Positions 9,862-20,537 of a stretch of 64,000 nt of DNA are shown here, piece by piece. The notes under the pieces were generated by a model. It worked only from the letters and a program-made list of their open reading frames with translations, searched no databases and was not told the origin of the DNA. A program made the position numbers and the translations under genes. The stretch's first letter is position 1, and each line of letters begins with the position of its first letter. Source of the stretch: an uncultured Eubacteriales bacterium. GTDB lineage: Bacteria; Bacillota; Sulfobacillia; Fermentithermobacillales; Fermentithermobacillaceae. The stretch is taken from positions 10,335 through 74,334 of the forward strand of contig CAZYEC010000001.1 in NCBI GenBank assembly GCA_964646385.1, in the 5' to 3' direction.

Positions 9862-10179
9862 TTGTTGGTAGTGGCCGTAATCTTTCTTTTGTTGATTGTG
9901 GTGTTTGCCGTACAAAACGCCCAAGTGGCACACATCACGTTTTTCACGTGGGCGCTCGAGATTAACCTTGCGTTGATAGTTCTGGGGTCGGCCTGTATCG
10001 GCGTTCTTGTGGGGGCGGTTTGGGTCTGGTTTCGGCACCTGGGCGTTAGGTCCAAAGTGAAAAGCCTGGCGAAGGAACTGCAGGAAGTGAAGGATAAATC
10101 CTCCCGGCTGGACAGAGCCCTTGAAGAATTTACGCCGGTTCCCAAAGTGCGCGATGAAAACAAAACGACGTACTTATAA
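9862..10179 (+). CDS. LapA-family (DUF1049) small membrane protein.
   Basis: Two TM helices (VFAVQNAQ...FF.W) and a coiled C-terminus. RBS GGAGGGGG precedes the TTG start. Confidence 0.55.
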   Translation: MLVVAVIFLLLIVVFAVQNAQVAHITFFTWALEINLALIVLGSACIGVLVGAVWVWFRHLGVRSKVKSLAKELQEVKDKSSRLDRALEEFTPVPKVRDENKTTYL

Positions 10180-12706
10180 CCGCTTGCCGGCATTTCGCTG
10201 GAATTTTCCCGCAGCGACAGAGCCCGCAAAGATTCGGGAGCTGTGTGCTAAGACGGGAGTTTCCCGGCAAATAGCTTCCATATTGTTGAGGCGTCACGGC
10301 GGCAACCCCTCTCGGGCCGAATCATTTATGGCTAAACCCGGGGAAGAGCTGTTGGAACTTCTGGCCCGCGTTCCCGAACTTCCGCAAGCCGTTAAGCGGT
10401 TAGTTTCGGCGAGGGACGCCGGAGAAAAAGTTGCCGTATATTCCGATTTCGATGCGGACGGGGTGACCGGTGCGGTCATACTAAACGAGGCCTTCCAGGC
10501 GGCAGGCATCCACAGCTCGGTATATTTGCCACACCGGCAAAAAGAAGGTTACGGTTTTCATGCAAAAAGTATAAAGGCTTTGGTCTCTTCGGGGGTATCT
10601 TTGTTCGTGACCGCCGATTTGGGGATTGCGGGTCACGAAGGCTGCAGTAAGGCCCGAGATTTGGGGGCGGATGTCATCGTCACCGACCACCATCTTTTGC
10701 CGGAAAAGTTGCCGGAAACGCTTGTAATCCTTGACCCGCACCTATCATCTTGGAGCCACCTAAATTTGGGTTACCTATCAGGAGCAGGCGTCGCCTATCT
10801 TTTGGCAATTGCGCTGCTCAAAAATGCCGGAGATTACGGGAAAATGCCGCCTCGGTGGGGACACGATCTCCTGGCGCTCTCCATCGCCGGGGACGGCCAA
10901 CCTCTTTTGGGCTGGAACAGGGAATGGGCAACATCTGGGCTTTGCCTGATGAGAAAAGCCCCGAGGCCCGGAATTGCGGCACTGGCTCAAGTGGCAGGTT
11001 TGCACCGCTTCAAGGAAGATGGCAGCTCTCCCTCTTTTGACAGCGATGTGACTTACGGGCTTGTGCCCAGGATCAATGCTGCCGGCCGAATGGATGACGC
11101 TCTTTTGGCTTACCGGTTGCTTACGGAAACGAATCCCCAGATCGCCCTAGATTTGGCAGGTGAGATAGAAGAGCACAACCTGCGGCGCAAAACCGTGGAA
11201 ATGGATATATTGACTCGGTGTAAAGAACTGGTGCTGCCTGAAAAATACGCTTTGTGCGCCTTTCACGAAGACTGGCACCAAGGAGTAATAGGAATCGTCT
11301 GTTCCCGGCTAAGAGAAATGCATCAAAGGCCGGTGGTCCTGGCGGCAGGAGAAAAGGGTTTGCTAAAGGGTTCGGTCAGGGGGGTCCCCGGATTCCACGC
11401 TCACCGTGCCCTGTCCAGATGTGCCGGACTCCTGCAAAGCTTCGGCGGGCACGAAGGGGCAGCGGGTTTTTCCGTGAAAAAAGCCGATGCGGCGGCGCTT
11501 TTTGACGAGATGCAAAAGATGGCTGAAGAAATGTTAACCTCCACCTCACTGGTCCCGTCGCTGGACATCGATTATGTGGCTGAATTGGGAACGGTGTCCT
11601 CTCAGGACCTGCAATCTTTCTTTTCTTTGGAACCTTACGGGTGTGAAAATACGCCGCCCGTTCTGGCCAGTGTTGATTGCGAAATTGAGCAAGTGAGATT
11701 CATGGGGAAAACGGGAAATCACTTGCAGATAATGGCGAAGAAGAACGGGGTCAGAAGGCGCTTCATCTGGTTCGGTGGCGGAGGTTTTGGTAAGGATATC
11801 GCCCTTTGGGGCCGGGCCGATTTGGCTTTTGTGCCCTTTAGAAGTCTTTATCTGGGAAGAGAGGAATTCGCCCCTTTGATAAGGGACATTCGGCCTGCCG
11901 GAAAATTGGCCGGAGAATTCTACTGCCCTTTTGCTCGAAATATTCCTCAAGGCCGCCCCGTCGTCGTATATACTTGGTCGGATGCCGCGGCAAAAGCCTT
12001 GTTGTCGGCCCTTGAAAAGATAGGGCGACCGGCGGCCTTTCATTCCCATGAACTTGTGGGCGCTTTTGCACACGAAGCAAAATTGACGTTAAGGGATCCC
12101 GGTGGTGTGGTCGTTTCGACATCTCCGTGGTCCCTGCCTGTAGAGACTCTAAGCACGCCCGGTAGTGGCGGCCCGTTCCCCTTTCTGTTGGTTATGCACC
12201 CGCCTGCTGCCCCCAAAGATTTGGCGCGTCTTAAGGAAGTGGCAGATTCGGCTGGAAGCGGGCTTTTGTATAGCGAAGGGGAAGCCGACTCGATTCGCTG
12301 GCGCGATTGGACGTTTCCGTCAAAGGAACGCGTTGAGTCTTTGTGGAATTATTTGATGGCCGAGTTTTCTGGCAACCGAGCACCTCTGTGTGATCTTGGG
12401 AGGCGTTGGAAACAGATCTTGGCCCTTTGCGACCCTGTTCACGAAGGAAAGCCGTGCTGGGAAGGCGCACAACAGGCAATCGTGTCAGGCGCCCAAGTGC
12501 TGGAGGAACTTGGGTTGGCGGAATACGACGAAAGCCGGAGAATGCCGGAATTGATTCTTAACCCGAAGGCAGGCAGAACGTCTTTGTCGGATTCCCGCTT
12601 GTTTCTTCGTGGGAAGGCTATTAGGGATAAATGGCTTGAGCCCCGCCCTAGGGGATTTTTGAGCCAATTTTCTTTATGGGGGGATGGTTCATGGCGGAGG
12701 ATCTAA
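10154..12706 (+). CDS. recJ: Single-stranded-DNA-specific exonuclease RecJ.
   Basis: DHH motifs (VAVYSDFDADGVTG, VIVTDHH) and a DHHA1 region. It sits in the recJ-apt-relA synteny. The start could be 10121 or 10154. Confidence 0.9.
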   Translation: MKTKRRTYNRLPAFRWNFPAATEPAKIRELCAKTGVSRQIASILLRRHGGNPSRAESFMAKPGEELLELLARVPELPQAVKRLVSARDAGEKVAVYSDFDADGVTGAVILNEAFQAAGIHSSVYLPHRQKEGYGFHAKSIKALVSSGVSLFVTADLGIAGHEGCSKARDLGADVIVTDHHLLPEKLPETLVILDPHLSSWSHLNLGYLSGAGVAYLLAIALLKNAGDYGKMPPRWGHDLLALSIAGDGQPLLGWNREWATSGLCLMRKAPRPGIAALAQVAGLHRFKEDGSSPSFDSDVTYGLVPRINAAGRMDDALLAYRLLTETNPQIALDLAGEIEEHNLRRKTVEMDILTRCKELVLPEKYALCAFHEDWHQGVIGIVCSRLREMHQRPVVLAAGEKGLLKGSVRGVPGFHAHRALSRCAGLLQSFGGHEGAAGFSVKKADAAALFDEMQKMAEEMLTSTSLVPSLDIDYVAELGTVSSQDLQSFFSLEPYGCENTPPVLASVDCEIEQVRFMGKTGNHLQIMAKKNGVRRRFIWFGGGGFGKDIALWGRADLAFVPFRSLYLGREEFAPLIRDIRPAGKLAGEFYCPFARNIPQGRPVVVYTWSDAAAKALLSALEKIGRPAAFHSHELVGAFAHEAKLTLRDPGGVVVSTSPWSLPVETLSTPGSGGPFPFLLVMHPPAAPKDLARLKEVADSAGSGLLYSEGEADSIRWRDWTFPSKERVESLWNYLMAEFSGNRAPLCDLGRRWKQILALCDPVHEGKPCWEGAQQAIVSGAQVLEELGLAEYDESRRMPELILNPKAGRTSLSDSRLFLRGKAIRDKWLEPRPRGFLSQFSLWGDGSWRRI

Positions 12707-13233
12707 GCAAGGAACTGGGGTCAAAGCTGAGGGTGATCCCAGATTTTCCTGTAAAAGGCGTGAGCTTCAAAGACATAACCACGCTTTTGGCCGATGTTTC
12801 GGCTTTCCACAAATCCATAGAGGCCCTGAAAACAGAATGCGACAAAGTGAATTTTGACACAATCGTTGCGCCGGAATCCCGGGGTTTCATCGTGGGCGCC
12901 GCTTTGGCCTACGCTATGGGCAAACCTTTTGCACCGGTTCGAAAACAAGGCAAACTGCCCGGCAAAACCATTTCGGGGCAGTACCAGCTCGAGTACGGGG
13001 TTGATACCTTGGAAATGCACGAAGACGCCGTTCTGCCGGGTCAGAAGGTTCTGCTGCTTGATGATCTGTTGGCCACAGGAGGTACCGTAGTGGCAGCAGC
13101 GGATATGGTGGAAAGGCTAGGGGGGGTCGTGAGCGCCGCGGCTTTTCTTATAGAATTGACTTACATGCCCGGCAGGGCTAATCTAAGAGAAAGGGGTTAC
13201 GATGTTATTTCGGTGATTAAGCTGGAAGATTGA
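12691..13233 (+). CDS. apt: Adenine phosphoribosyltransferase.
   Basis: PRTase motif VLLLDDLLATGGT and the expected synteny after recJ. Confidence 0.9.
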   Translation: MAEDLSKELGSKLRVIPDFPVKGVSFKDITTLLADVSAFHKSIEALKTECDKVNFDTIVAPESRGFIVGAALAYAMGKPFAPVRKQGKLPGKTISGQYQLEYGVDTLEMHEDAVLPGQKVLLLDDLLATGGTVVAAADMVERLGGVVSAAAFLIELTYMPGRANLRERGYDVISVIKLED

Positions 13234-13347
13234 ACCTTTCAGAATTCCATCAGGGCGGCGACATTTTCGACTCCGGAAGGGTCAGGACATGTCGCTTTTC
13301 TGTAATACCTGTAATATATGTAGAAAGCCTGTTTAAAGAGGTGCCAA

Positions 13348-15525
13348 ATGGCCATCGCGGGGCTTAAGGAGTATGTGGGCAGCCATCTATCCCGAGAAGA
13401 CAGGCAGACTTTGGTTAGGGCTTACGAGTTTGCTGTAAAAGCTCATGCCGGTCAAACCCGTCTGTCCGGGGGCGACTTTGTGGAGCACCCAGTCGCCGTT
13501 GCCGCCATTTTGTCCGAAATGGAAGGGGACGTCGAGACTCTTTGTGCGGCTTTGTTGCACGACGTAGTGGAGGACACCAGCGTGAAGCTGAACGAGATCC
13601 GCTCCGAATTCGGTGACGGCATTGCCAAACTGGTGGACGGAGTTACCAAGCTGAGCCGCATAGAGTTTCGCTCCCGGGTGGAAGAGCAAGTTTCAAATCT
13701 GCGGAAAATGTTTTTGGCTATGGCCGAAGACTGGCGCGTCATCGTCATACGGTTAGCCGATCGGCTCCACAACCTCAGGACATTGTACGCTTTGCCTGTG
13801 GATCGTCAAATCAGAACCGCAGAAGAAACCCTTGAAATCTATGCCCCCCTGGCTCACAGGTTGGGAATTTGGCGCCTTAAGTGGGAACTCGAAGATTTAG
13901 CCTTCAAGTATTCTTTGCCCGAGGAGTACCGTTCCCTCACAAAACGAATAGTTGCCAGGCGAAGCGAGCGGGAAGTTGAGGCGGAAACGGTCATGTCCCG
14001 CCTGAAGCAGAAGATAGAAGAAGACGGGATAAGGTGCGAGGTTCACGGCAGGGCCAAAAATCTGTACAGCATATTCCGAAAAATGAAAGGGCAAGGCCGG
14101 GATCTGTCCGAAATCTACGACCTCATTGCCGTGAGGGTACTGGTTGAGTCCGTGACAGACTGCTATGAGGTTTTGGGCGTATGCCACACCTTGTGGAAAC
14201 CGCTGCCCGGCAGGTTCAAAGATTATATCGCCATGCCTAAGCCCAACGGCTACCAATCCTTACACACCAGCGTCGTGGGCCCATTGGGAGAACCTTTTGA
14301 GATTCAAATACGGACATGGGAAATGGACAGAACCGCCGAATACGGCAGTGCGGCTCACTGGCGGTACAAAGAAAGGGCTCAGAAAGCGCGGGACAGCGTT
14401 TTTGAACAAAAAATGTCATGGCTCAGGCAACTGCTGGAATGGCAACGGGAAATGACCGACGCCAGAGAATTTATGGAAGCCTTAAAAATTGACGTGTTTA
14501 ACGACGAGGTGTTCGTCTTTACCCCAAAAGGAGATGTGGTCGATCTGCCTGTGGGGTCCACGCCTTTGGATTTTGCCTACAAAATCCATACAGACATCGG
14601 GCATCACTGTGTCGGGGCGAAGGTTAACGGCAGGATCGTGCCGTTGTCAAGGAAAGTGGTCACGGGAGACATCATCGAGATCTTGATCAACAGGCAGTCT
14701 CTGGGTCCAAGCCGCGATTGGCTTGAAATTGTCAAGACGCCACAGGCAAGGTCCAAAATCCGGGCGTTCTTCAAAAGGCAATTGCGGGAAGAGGAAGTGG
14801 TCAAAGGTAAGGCCACGCTTGAAAAAGAACTGGCCCAGAAGGTGGGCATCTCTCCTTCAGTGCTGGAAGAGATCGGGGTCTTCGGCGCCCTTCTGAAGAA
14901 ACTGAGATACCCGGATATGGAAAATTTGTACGCCGCCATCGCTTTCGGAGGCATCAGCCCCGTCCATGTGGCGACTCGAGTGCGGGATGAAGTCCGGCGC
15001 CTGAAACCGGAGCTGCTGCCCCAAAAAGAAGAAGCTCCCAGGACCGTAAGGCCGAGGTCCCGTGGCCCCGAGGAAGCTGTCATCATAAAAGGGATGAAAG
15101 ACATTCTGGTGCGTCTTGCCCGATGCTGTAACCCCGTGCCCGGGGACCCCATAATTGGGTATATTACCAGGGGCAGGGGTGTCTCGGTGCACCGTCTTGA
15201 CTGTCCGAGCCTGCGGTCTTACACGGACAAGGAAAGGTTCATCGAAGCATCCTGGGTGGAGGTTGAGGAAGCTTCTTTCCCTGTTGAAATCGCTGTCCAG
15301 GGGGCGGACAGGCCAGGGCTCTTCGCAGAAGTCACGTCGGTGATAGCGGGGTTGGGGGCAAACATTTTGAGCGCCTCCGCGAAAGGCCAGCCTAGCGGAG
15401 ATGCGAAAGTTGACATAACCTTCGAGATACATGATCTGAGCGAACTTGAGCAGGCGTTCAAGAGCATAAGACAGATCAAAGGTATCACTTCAGTTAACAG
15501 GGCCTTTGGCAGGCTGAGATCGTGA
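13348..15525 (+). CDS. relA: Bifunctional (p)ppGpp synthetase/hydrolase RelA/SpoT.
   Basis: HD, synthetase (RelA_SpoT), TGS and ACT domains. 725 aa. Confidence 0.95.
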   Translation: MAIAGLKEYVGSHLSREDRQTLVRAYEFAVKAHAGQTRLSGGDFVEHPVAVAAILSEMEGDVETLCAALLHDVVEDTSVKLNEIRSEFGDGIAKLVDGVTKLSRIEFRSRVEEQVSNLRKMFLAMAEDWRVIVIRLADRLHNLRTLYALPVDRQIRTAEETLEIYAPLAHRLGIWRLKWELEDLAFKYSLPEEYRSLTKRIVARRSEREVEAETVMSRLKQKIEEDGIRCEVHGRAKNLYSIFRKMKGQGRDLSEIYDLIAVRVLVESVTDCYEVLGVCHTLWKPLPGRFKDYIAMPKPNGYQSLHTSVVGPLGEPFEIQIRTWEMDRTAEYGSAAHWRYKERAQKARDSVFEQKMSWLRQLLEWQREMTDAREFMEALKIDVFNDEVFVFTPKGDVVDLPVGSTPLDFAYKIHTDIGHHCVGAKVNGRIVPLSRKVVTGDIIEILINRQSLGPSRDWLEIVKTPQARSKIRAFFKRQLREEEVVKGKATLEKELAQKVGISPSVLEEIGVFGALLKKLRYPDMENLYAAIAFGGISPVHVATRVRDEVRRLKPELLPQKEEAPRTVRPRSRGPEEAVIIKGMKDILVRLARCCNPVPGDPIIGYITRGRGVSVHRLDCPSLRSYTDKERFIEASWVEVEEASFPVEIAVQGADRPGLFAEVTSVIAGLGANILSASAKGQPSGDAKVDITFEIHDLSELEQAFKSIRQIKGITSVNRAFGRLRS

Positions 15526-15552
15526 GCCGAGCAAAGAGTAAGGAGAATTTCA

Positions 15553-15999
15553 TTGCGTGCAGTGTTTCAAAGAGTAACAAGGGCGCGAATCGTGATTGAT
15601 GGCAAAGAAATAGCGTCCATAGGGCCGGGTGCTCTGGTTCTGTTGGCTGTTGGGAAAAAGGATTCCCAAAAGGATGCCGCCTATATGGCCCGTAAAATCG
15701 CGGATTTGCGGGTTTTCGAGGAAAAGGGCAAGATGCAGAAGTCACTGTTGGATACCGGGGGGCAAGTGATGTTGGTATCTCAGTTCACGTTGTACGGTGA
15801 CGTCAAGAAGGGCAAACGTCCGGGATTTGAGGCTGCCGCCCCTCCCGGTTTGGGCAAAGCGCTTTATGAAACGGTGGCGGAAGGCATCCGAGCTTACGAA
15901 TTGGAAGTTCAGACAGGGGTTTTTGGCGCCCACATGGAAGTAGAATCAGTTAACGATGGCCCCGTCACCATCTTGCTTTCCAGCGAAAAAGAGTTTTGA
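15553..15999 (+). CDS. dtd: D-aminoacyl-tRNA deacylase.
   Basis: MRAVFQRV...GPG..VLL.V and the SQFTLYGD motif. Follows relA. Confidence 0.9.
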   Translation: MRAVFQRVTRARIVIDGKEIASIGPGALVLLAVGKKDSQKDAAYMARKIADLRVFEEKGKMQKSLLDTGGQVMLVSQFTLYGDVKKGKRPGFEAAAPPGLGKALYETVAEGIRAYELEVQTGVFGAHMEVESVNDGPVTILLSSEKEF

Positions 16000-16045
16000 A
16001 GGCCAACCTCGTAGGATCTTGGCGGCAAAGGTGGGAAAGATCTTC

Positions 16046-16660
16046 ATGAAGGTTTTTACGGTGCCGGTAGGTGGGCTGGCCACCAACTGCCATATAGCCG
16101 TGGATTTCGAGGCCGGGGAATGCATCGTGATCGATCCTGGGGCCGAGGGCGAACGAATAATGGAGACTGTGTCAGCCCACGGGGCCACGGTTCGGGCCAT
16201 CGTGCTTACTCACGGACATTTCGACCATACGGGCGCCGCCGGCTATGTCCAGAGTGTTACCGGCGCTCCTGTATTTGTTGGTGAAGCCGACTCCGAGCTT
16301 TTGAAGGACCCCGGCTGGATGCTGCCTTTTGTGACAAAAGAAGGGCCAGACGTGGGAAATTTGACGGTGCTTCGAGAAGGAGACACGGTTTCTTTCGGCG
16401 GAGTGTCATTGCAGGTCATTGAGACCCCCGGACACTCCCGGGGGAGCATTTCGTTATATTGCCCGGGGCACCTTTTTTCTGGGGACCTTTTGTTCCACAA
16501 AGGGGTGGGCCGCACTGATCTGCCGGGGGGTAACTTGTCTCAGCTTTTGTCTTCAATAAGAGAGAAGGTGCTGACTCTCCCCGAAAGCACCGCAGTCCAC
16601 GCGGGTCACGGTAAGGCGACCACCGTCGGCTATGAGAAGGCCAACAACCCGTTTTTGTGA
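16046..16660 (+). CDS. MBL-fold metallo-hydrolase.
   Basis: THGHFDHTG metal-binding motif. RBS AAAGGTGGGAAAG precedes ATG 16046. Confidence 0.8.
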   Translation: MKVFTVPVGGLATNCHIAVDFEAGECIVIDPGAEGERIMETVSAHGATVRAIVLTHGHFDHTGAAGYVQSVTGAPVFVGEADSELLKDPGWMLPFVTKEGPDVGNLTVLREGDTVSFGGVSLQVIETPGHSRGSISLYCPGHLFSGDLLFHKGVGRTDLPGGNLSQLLSSIREKVLTLPESTAVHAGHGKATTVGYEKANNPFL

Positions 16661-16741
16661 TGGTATATGATGAGTGTGGGGTCAAAGGTACGCGTTGTCC
16701 TTGACTTTGTCTGAAGGAACGTTTTGCGGAGGGGATTTTCC

Positions 16742-18025
16742 ATGTTTAAGGCGCCCAGGGGGACTTCTGACATTTTGCCCCCAGAGTCATCCAAGTGGAT
16801 TTATCTTGAAAGTCTGTTAAGGGAAATCTGCCGCAAATACAACTATCACGAAATAAGGACACCCACCTTTGAGCAGGCCGAGCTGTTTGCCCGGACGGTA
16901 GGGGAAGCCACGGATATAGTTGAAAAGGAAATGTATGTCTTTAAAGATAAGGGCGGGAGGGACATGGCTCTCAGGCCCGAGATGACGGCTAATGTGGCCA
17001 GGGCTTTTGTGGAGCATGGGATGGCATCTGGCCCCCTGCCCAGGAAGTTTTATTACATTGCACCGATTTTCAGGTATGAGAAACCCCAGGCGGGCAGGTA
17101 CAGGGAGCACCGGCAATTTGGTGTGGAGGTGTTGGGGTCAGCCTCCCCGTTTTCCGACGTTGAAGTGATTGCTTTGGCTATCGATGCCGCCGGGACCCTG
17201 GGTCTAAAAGACACGGAATTGGTACTAAACAGCATCGGTTGCTTGTCGTGCAGGGCGACGTATCGCCGCAAACTCCTGGGCTACCTGGACGCAAAGACCC
17301 AAGACCTGTGCTTTGATTGCCGCTCCAGACTTGAAAGAAACCCCCTTAGGGTTTTGGATTGCAAGAACCCCCAGTGCAAAGCAGTCACGTCGCAAGCCCC
17401 GGGGATGCTGGATTATTTGTGCGCCGATTGCCGGGACCATTGGGAACAAATGATAGGTCTTTTGACATCACAAGGTGTTTCCTTCTGTGTGGACAATTCC
17501 CTGGTCAGAGGCCTGGATTATTACACCAGGACAGTATTCGAGCTCCGGTGGCCCCCCTTGGGGGCCCAGAACGCGATTTTAGGTGGCGGAAGGTACGACG
17601 GCTTGGTTGAGGGGATCGGCGGGCCCCGGATTCCCGGGGTCGGGTTTGCCATGGGCATGGAGCGGATGCTAATGGCCATGACAAAAGGTTCCCGCCCTGC
17701 GCTGGAAACAGGCGGCTTGGATGTGTTCGTTGTGGGGCTTAAAGGTGAGGAGTCTTCGGTGGCCCGGAAGGTTTTTGCCCTGGCGAAAAAGGTTAGGCAA
17801 AAAGGGTTGTCGTGCGAATTCGATCACTTGCACAGAAGCATGAAATCCCAGATGAAGCATGCAGACAGGATGAACGCCGGATTTGCGGCCATCCTCGGGG
17901 ACGATGAAGTGAGGAACGGAACTGTGGTAGTAAGGTCAATGGCTGAAGGCTGGCAGAAGACAATTCCCTGGCGGGATTCGGTCGCGTTCTTGGGTGAGGA
18001 GGTCGCCAAACTTGGCAAAGGATGA
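16742..18025 (+). CDS. hisS: Histidine--tRNA ligase.
   Basis: Class II aaRS motifs, PRGTSDILPPE and the HisS anticodon-binding domain. RBS GGAGGGG. Confidence 0.95.
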   Translation: MFKAPRGTSDILPPESSKWIYLESLLREICRKYNYHEIRTPTFEQAELFARTVGEATDIVEKEMYVFKDKGGRDMALRPEMTANVARAFVEHGMASGPLPRKFYYIAPIFRYEKPQAGRYREHRQFGVEVLGSASPFSDVEVIALAIDAAGTLGLKDTELVLNSIGCLSCRATYRRKLLGYLDAKTQDLCFDCRSRLERNPLRVLDCKNPQCKAVTSQAPGMLDYLCADCRDHWEQMIGLLTSQGVSFCVDNSLVRGLDYYTRTVFELRWPPLGAQNAILGGGRYDGLVEGIGGPRIPGVGFAMGMERMLMAMTKGSRPALETGGLDVFVVGLKGEESSVARKVFALAKKVRQKGLSCEFDHLHRSMKSQMKHADRMNAGFAAILGDDEVRNGTVVVRSMAEGWQKTIPWRDSVAFLGEEVAKLGKG

Positions 18026-18071
18026 GAAACTTGAGCCCGTGCAGGCGGGTGATCTGTACCACGGTGTGAAG

Positions 18072-19895
18072 ATGGCGAGCATGGGAGATCTTGTGAGAAC
18101 CATGTGTTGCGGAGAAGTGCGTTCGGGCCATGTGGGCAAGAAGGTGACGCTCATGGGGTGGGTTAACCGCCGTCGCGATCTGGGCGATCTGGTTTTCATA
18201 GATCTTCGCGACAGAACGGGTCTTGTGCAAGTGGTGACTGATCCCGGGCGTTCGCCCGAGGCTTTCCAAGCCGCAAGGCAGGTAAGATCCGAGTACGTGC
18301 TGGCCATTGTGGGTTTTGTCGCTCATCGAGCGGAGGGACAGGCCAACCCCGATATGGCAACGGGGGACATCGAGATCATGGCCGAAGAGATCAGGGTCCT
18401 GAACACCGCCAAGACACCGCCTTTGTACGTTAGGGACGAAGCCGAGGTCGACGAGCTTTTCAGGCTGAAATACCGTTATCTTGATCTCAGAAGGCCCGCC
18501 ATGCAAAGAAACCTAGAAATCCATCACCGAACTTCGGCGGCCATAAGAGAGTACCTATCCCAAGAAGGCTATTGGGAAGTGGGGACTCCCATGATGACCC
18601 GGAGCACGCCGGAAGGTGCCAGGGACTTTTTGGTGCCCTCCAGGCAGGATCCGGGCAAGTTTTACGCCCTGGCTCAATCCCCTCAGCTGTTCAAACAGCT
18701 TTTGATGGTGGGAGGGGTGGACAAGTATTTTCAAATAGTCAGGTGTTTTAGGGATGAGGATTTGCGGGCCGACCGTCAACCCGAGTTTACCCAAGTGGAC
18801 ATAGAGCTTTCCTTTGCCACAGAGAAGGCCGTTTTTTCTATGGTGGAGGGGCTGGTGCAAAAAGTGTGGAAAGATGTTTTGGGGACAGATTTGGCCCCGC
18901 CGTTTCAGAAGTTGACGTATTTTGAGGCTATGTCCCGTTTTGGTTCCGATAAACCTGACACCAGGTTCGGCATGGAAATCGTCGATCTGGGGGCAGCCTT
19001 GAAAGATTCTTCTTTGGGCGTGTTCCAAAACTGTCTGCGATTCGGCGGGGCTATCAAAGGTATTTGCGTACCGGGGCAAGCCAAAATGTCCAGACAAGAG
19101 ATGGAAACCCTCACTGAACGCGCCAAAATCCATGGGGCCAAAGGTCTTGTTACCATCGCTTTCATCCCCGGTGACGTAAAATCTGCTGTTAAAAAGCACC
19201 TTTGCCAACAGGAGATCCAAGGTATCAGATCTTTACTGGGGGCAGGTGAGGGGGATCTGGTTCTTATAGTGGCAGACGATGCCGAAAGAGCAGCAGCTGT
19301 CCTCGGCCGGCTTAGATTAGAACTGGCGCGGAAACTGGGGCTTATTCCGGTGGACCGGTTCAATTTCTTGTGGGTGACGGAGATTCCCTTGTTCAAAAGA
19401 AACGAAGAAACCGGCGAGTGGGAAGCGGCGCACCATCCTTTTACCAGTCCTTTAGACGAAGATATGGCCAAGGTAACCTCCGTGGCTGGGGAAGAAGACA
19501 AGGGGAAAATCAGAGCGAGGCAATACGATCTCGTGCTGAACGGTGTGGAACTTGCATCGGGTTCCATACGTATACACAGGAGGGATCTTCAGGAGCAAGT
19601 GTTTCGCCTTTTGGGTATTTCGAAGGAACAGGCCAGACTCAAATTCGGCTTCCTTCTAGACGCTTTTGAGTACGGCACCCCTCCACACGGAGGGATCGCG
19701 TTTGGTCTTGACAGGCTGGTCATGCTGCTGGCCGGAGCAGAAACCATAAGAGATGTGATTGCTTTTCCTAAAACGACAAGCGGCAGTTGCCCTCTGACAG
19801 AGGCGCCCGCCGGCGTAGACGGGCGCCAGCTCAGGGATCTGGGGCTCCATCTGCTGGAAAATGCCGAAAAGAAACCGGAGTGTGCGCAGGGCTGA
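18072..19895 (+). CDS. aspS: Aspartate--tRNA ligase.
   Basis: N-terminal OB fold (RTMCCGEVR...GWVNRRRDLG), class II motifs and the GGIAFGLDRLVML motif. Confidence 0.95.
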   Translation: MASMGDLVRTMCCGEVRSGHVGKKVTLMGWVNRRRDLGDLVFIDLRDRTGLVQVVTDPGRSPEAFQAARQVRSEYVLAIVGFVAHRAEGQANPDMATGDIEIMAEEIRVLNTAKTPPLYVRDEAEVDELFRLKYRYLDLRRPAMQRNLEIHHRTSAAIREYLSQEGYWEVGTPMMTRSTPEGARDFLVPSRQDPGKFYALAQSPQLFKQLLMVGGVDKYFQIVRCFRDEDLRADRQPEFTQVDIELSFATEKAVFSMVEGLVQKVWKDVLGTDLAPPFQKLTYFEAMSRFGSDKPDTRFGMEIVDLGAALKDSSLGVFQNCLRFGGAIKGICVPGQAKMSRQEMETLTERAKIHGAKGLVTIAFIPGDVKSAVKKHLCQQEIQGIRSLLGAGEGDLVLIVADDAERAAAVLGRLRLELARKLGLIPVDRFNFLWVTEIPLFKRNEETGEWEAAHHPFTSPLDEDMAKVTSVAGEEDKGKIRARQYDLVLNGVELASGSIRIHRRDLQEQVFRLLGISKEQARLKFGFLLDAFEYGTPPHGGIAFGLDRLVMLLAGAETIRDVIAFPKTTSGSCPLTEAPAGVDGRQLRDLGLHLLENAEKKPECAQG

Positions 19896-19925
19896 CCGGA
19901 GCCAAGGGAGAGGAAGGTTTTCACG

Positions 19926-20537
19926 GTGCTGCCCGACGAAAAAATGCTTGTTGAAAGAGCATCCCAAGGTGATGCATACGCTTTTGAGGCCTTGGTTGAA
20001 GCTTACGAAAAAGGCGTGTACAATCTGGCTTATCGCTTGGTTCCGGACCGCGAGGACGCCATGGATATAGTCCAAGAGGTCTTTCTAAAGGCGTTTCAAG
20101 CGTTGCCCGACTTCAGGGGAGATAGCCGTTTTTCTACTTGGATATACAGAGTGTGCGTCAACGCCAGCCTGGACCATTTGCGCCGCAAGCACAGGGTTCA
20201 GGTGTTTTCTTTGGATGAGCCTTTGTTTATGGGGGAGTCGCAAATCAAAAGAGAGGTCCGGGATGACGGAGGCGATATCCAGGATATGGTGGAAACCAAA
20301 TCTCTGGGAGAGGCTGTCCTGCAGGTATTGGAGCGCCTGGACCCGGTTCACCGCGTCGTCGTAGTGCTGAGCGACGTCCGCGGATATTCCTACCAGGAAA
20401 TAGCTGACATTATGGAGATATCAATAGGCACCGTCAAGTCCCGGCTTCATCGCGCCCGGAATATGGTAAGGCGTCTGGTTTCGGAACAATTCGGCTCTCT
20501 TAACGTCAAAATAGGCGAAAGGAGGGACCGCTCGTGA
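19926..20537 (+). CDS. ECF-family RNA polymerase sigma factor (sigma-24 / SigW-like).
   Basis: Sigma-70 regions 2 and 4 (FEALVEAYEKGVYNLAYRL...IYRVCVNASLD). A GTGA overlap joins it to the downstream anti-sigma factor. Confidence 0.9.
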   Translation: MLPDEKMLVERASQGDAYAFEALVEAYEKGVYNLAYRLVPDREDAMDIVQEVFLKAFQALPDFRGDSRFSTWIYRVCVNASLDHLRRKHRVQVFSLDEPLFMGESQIKREVRDDGGDIQDMVETKSLGEAVLQVLERLDPVHRVVVVLSDVRGYSYQEIADIMEISIGTVKSRLHRARNMVRRLVSEQFGSLNVKIGERRDRS

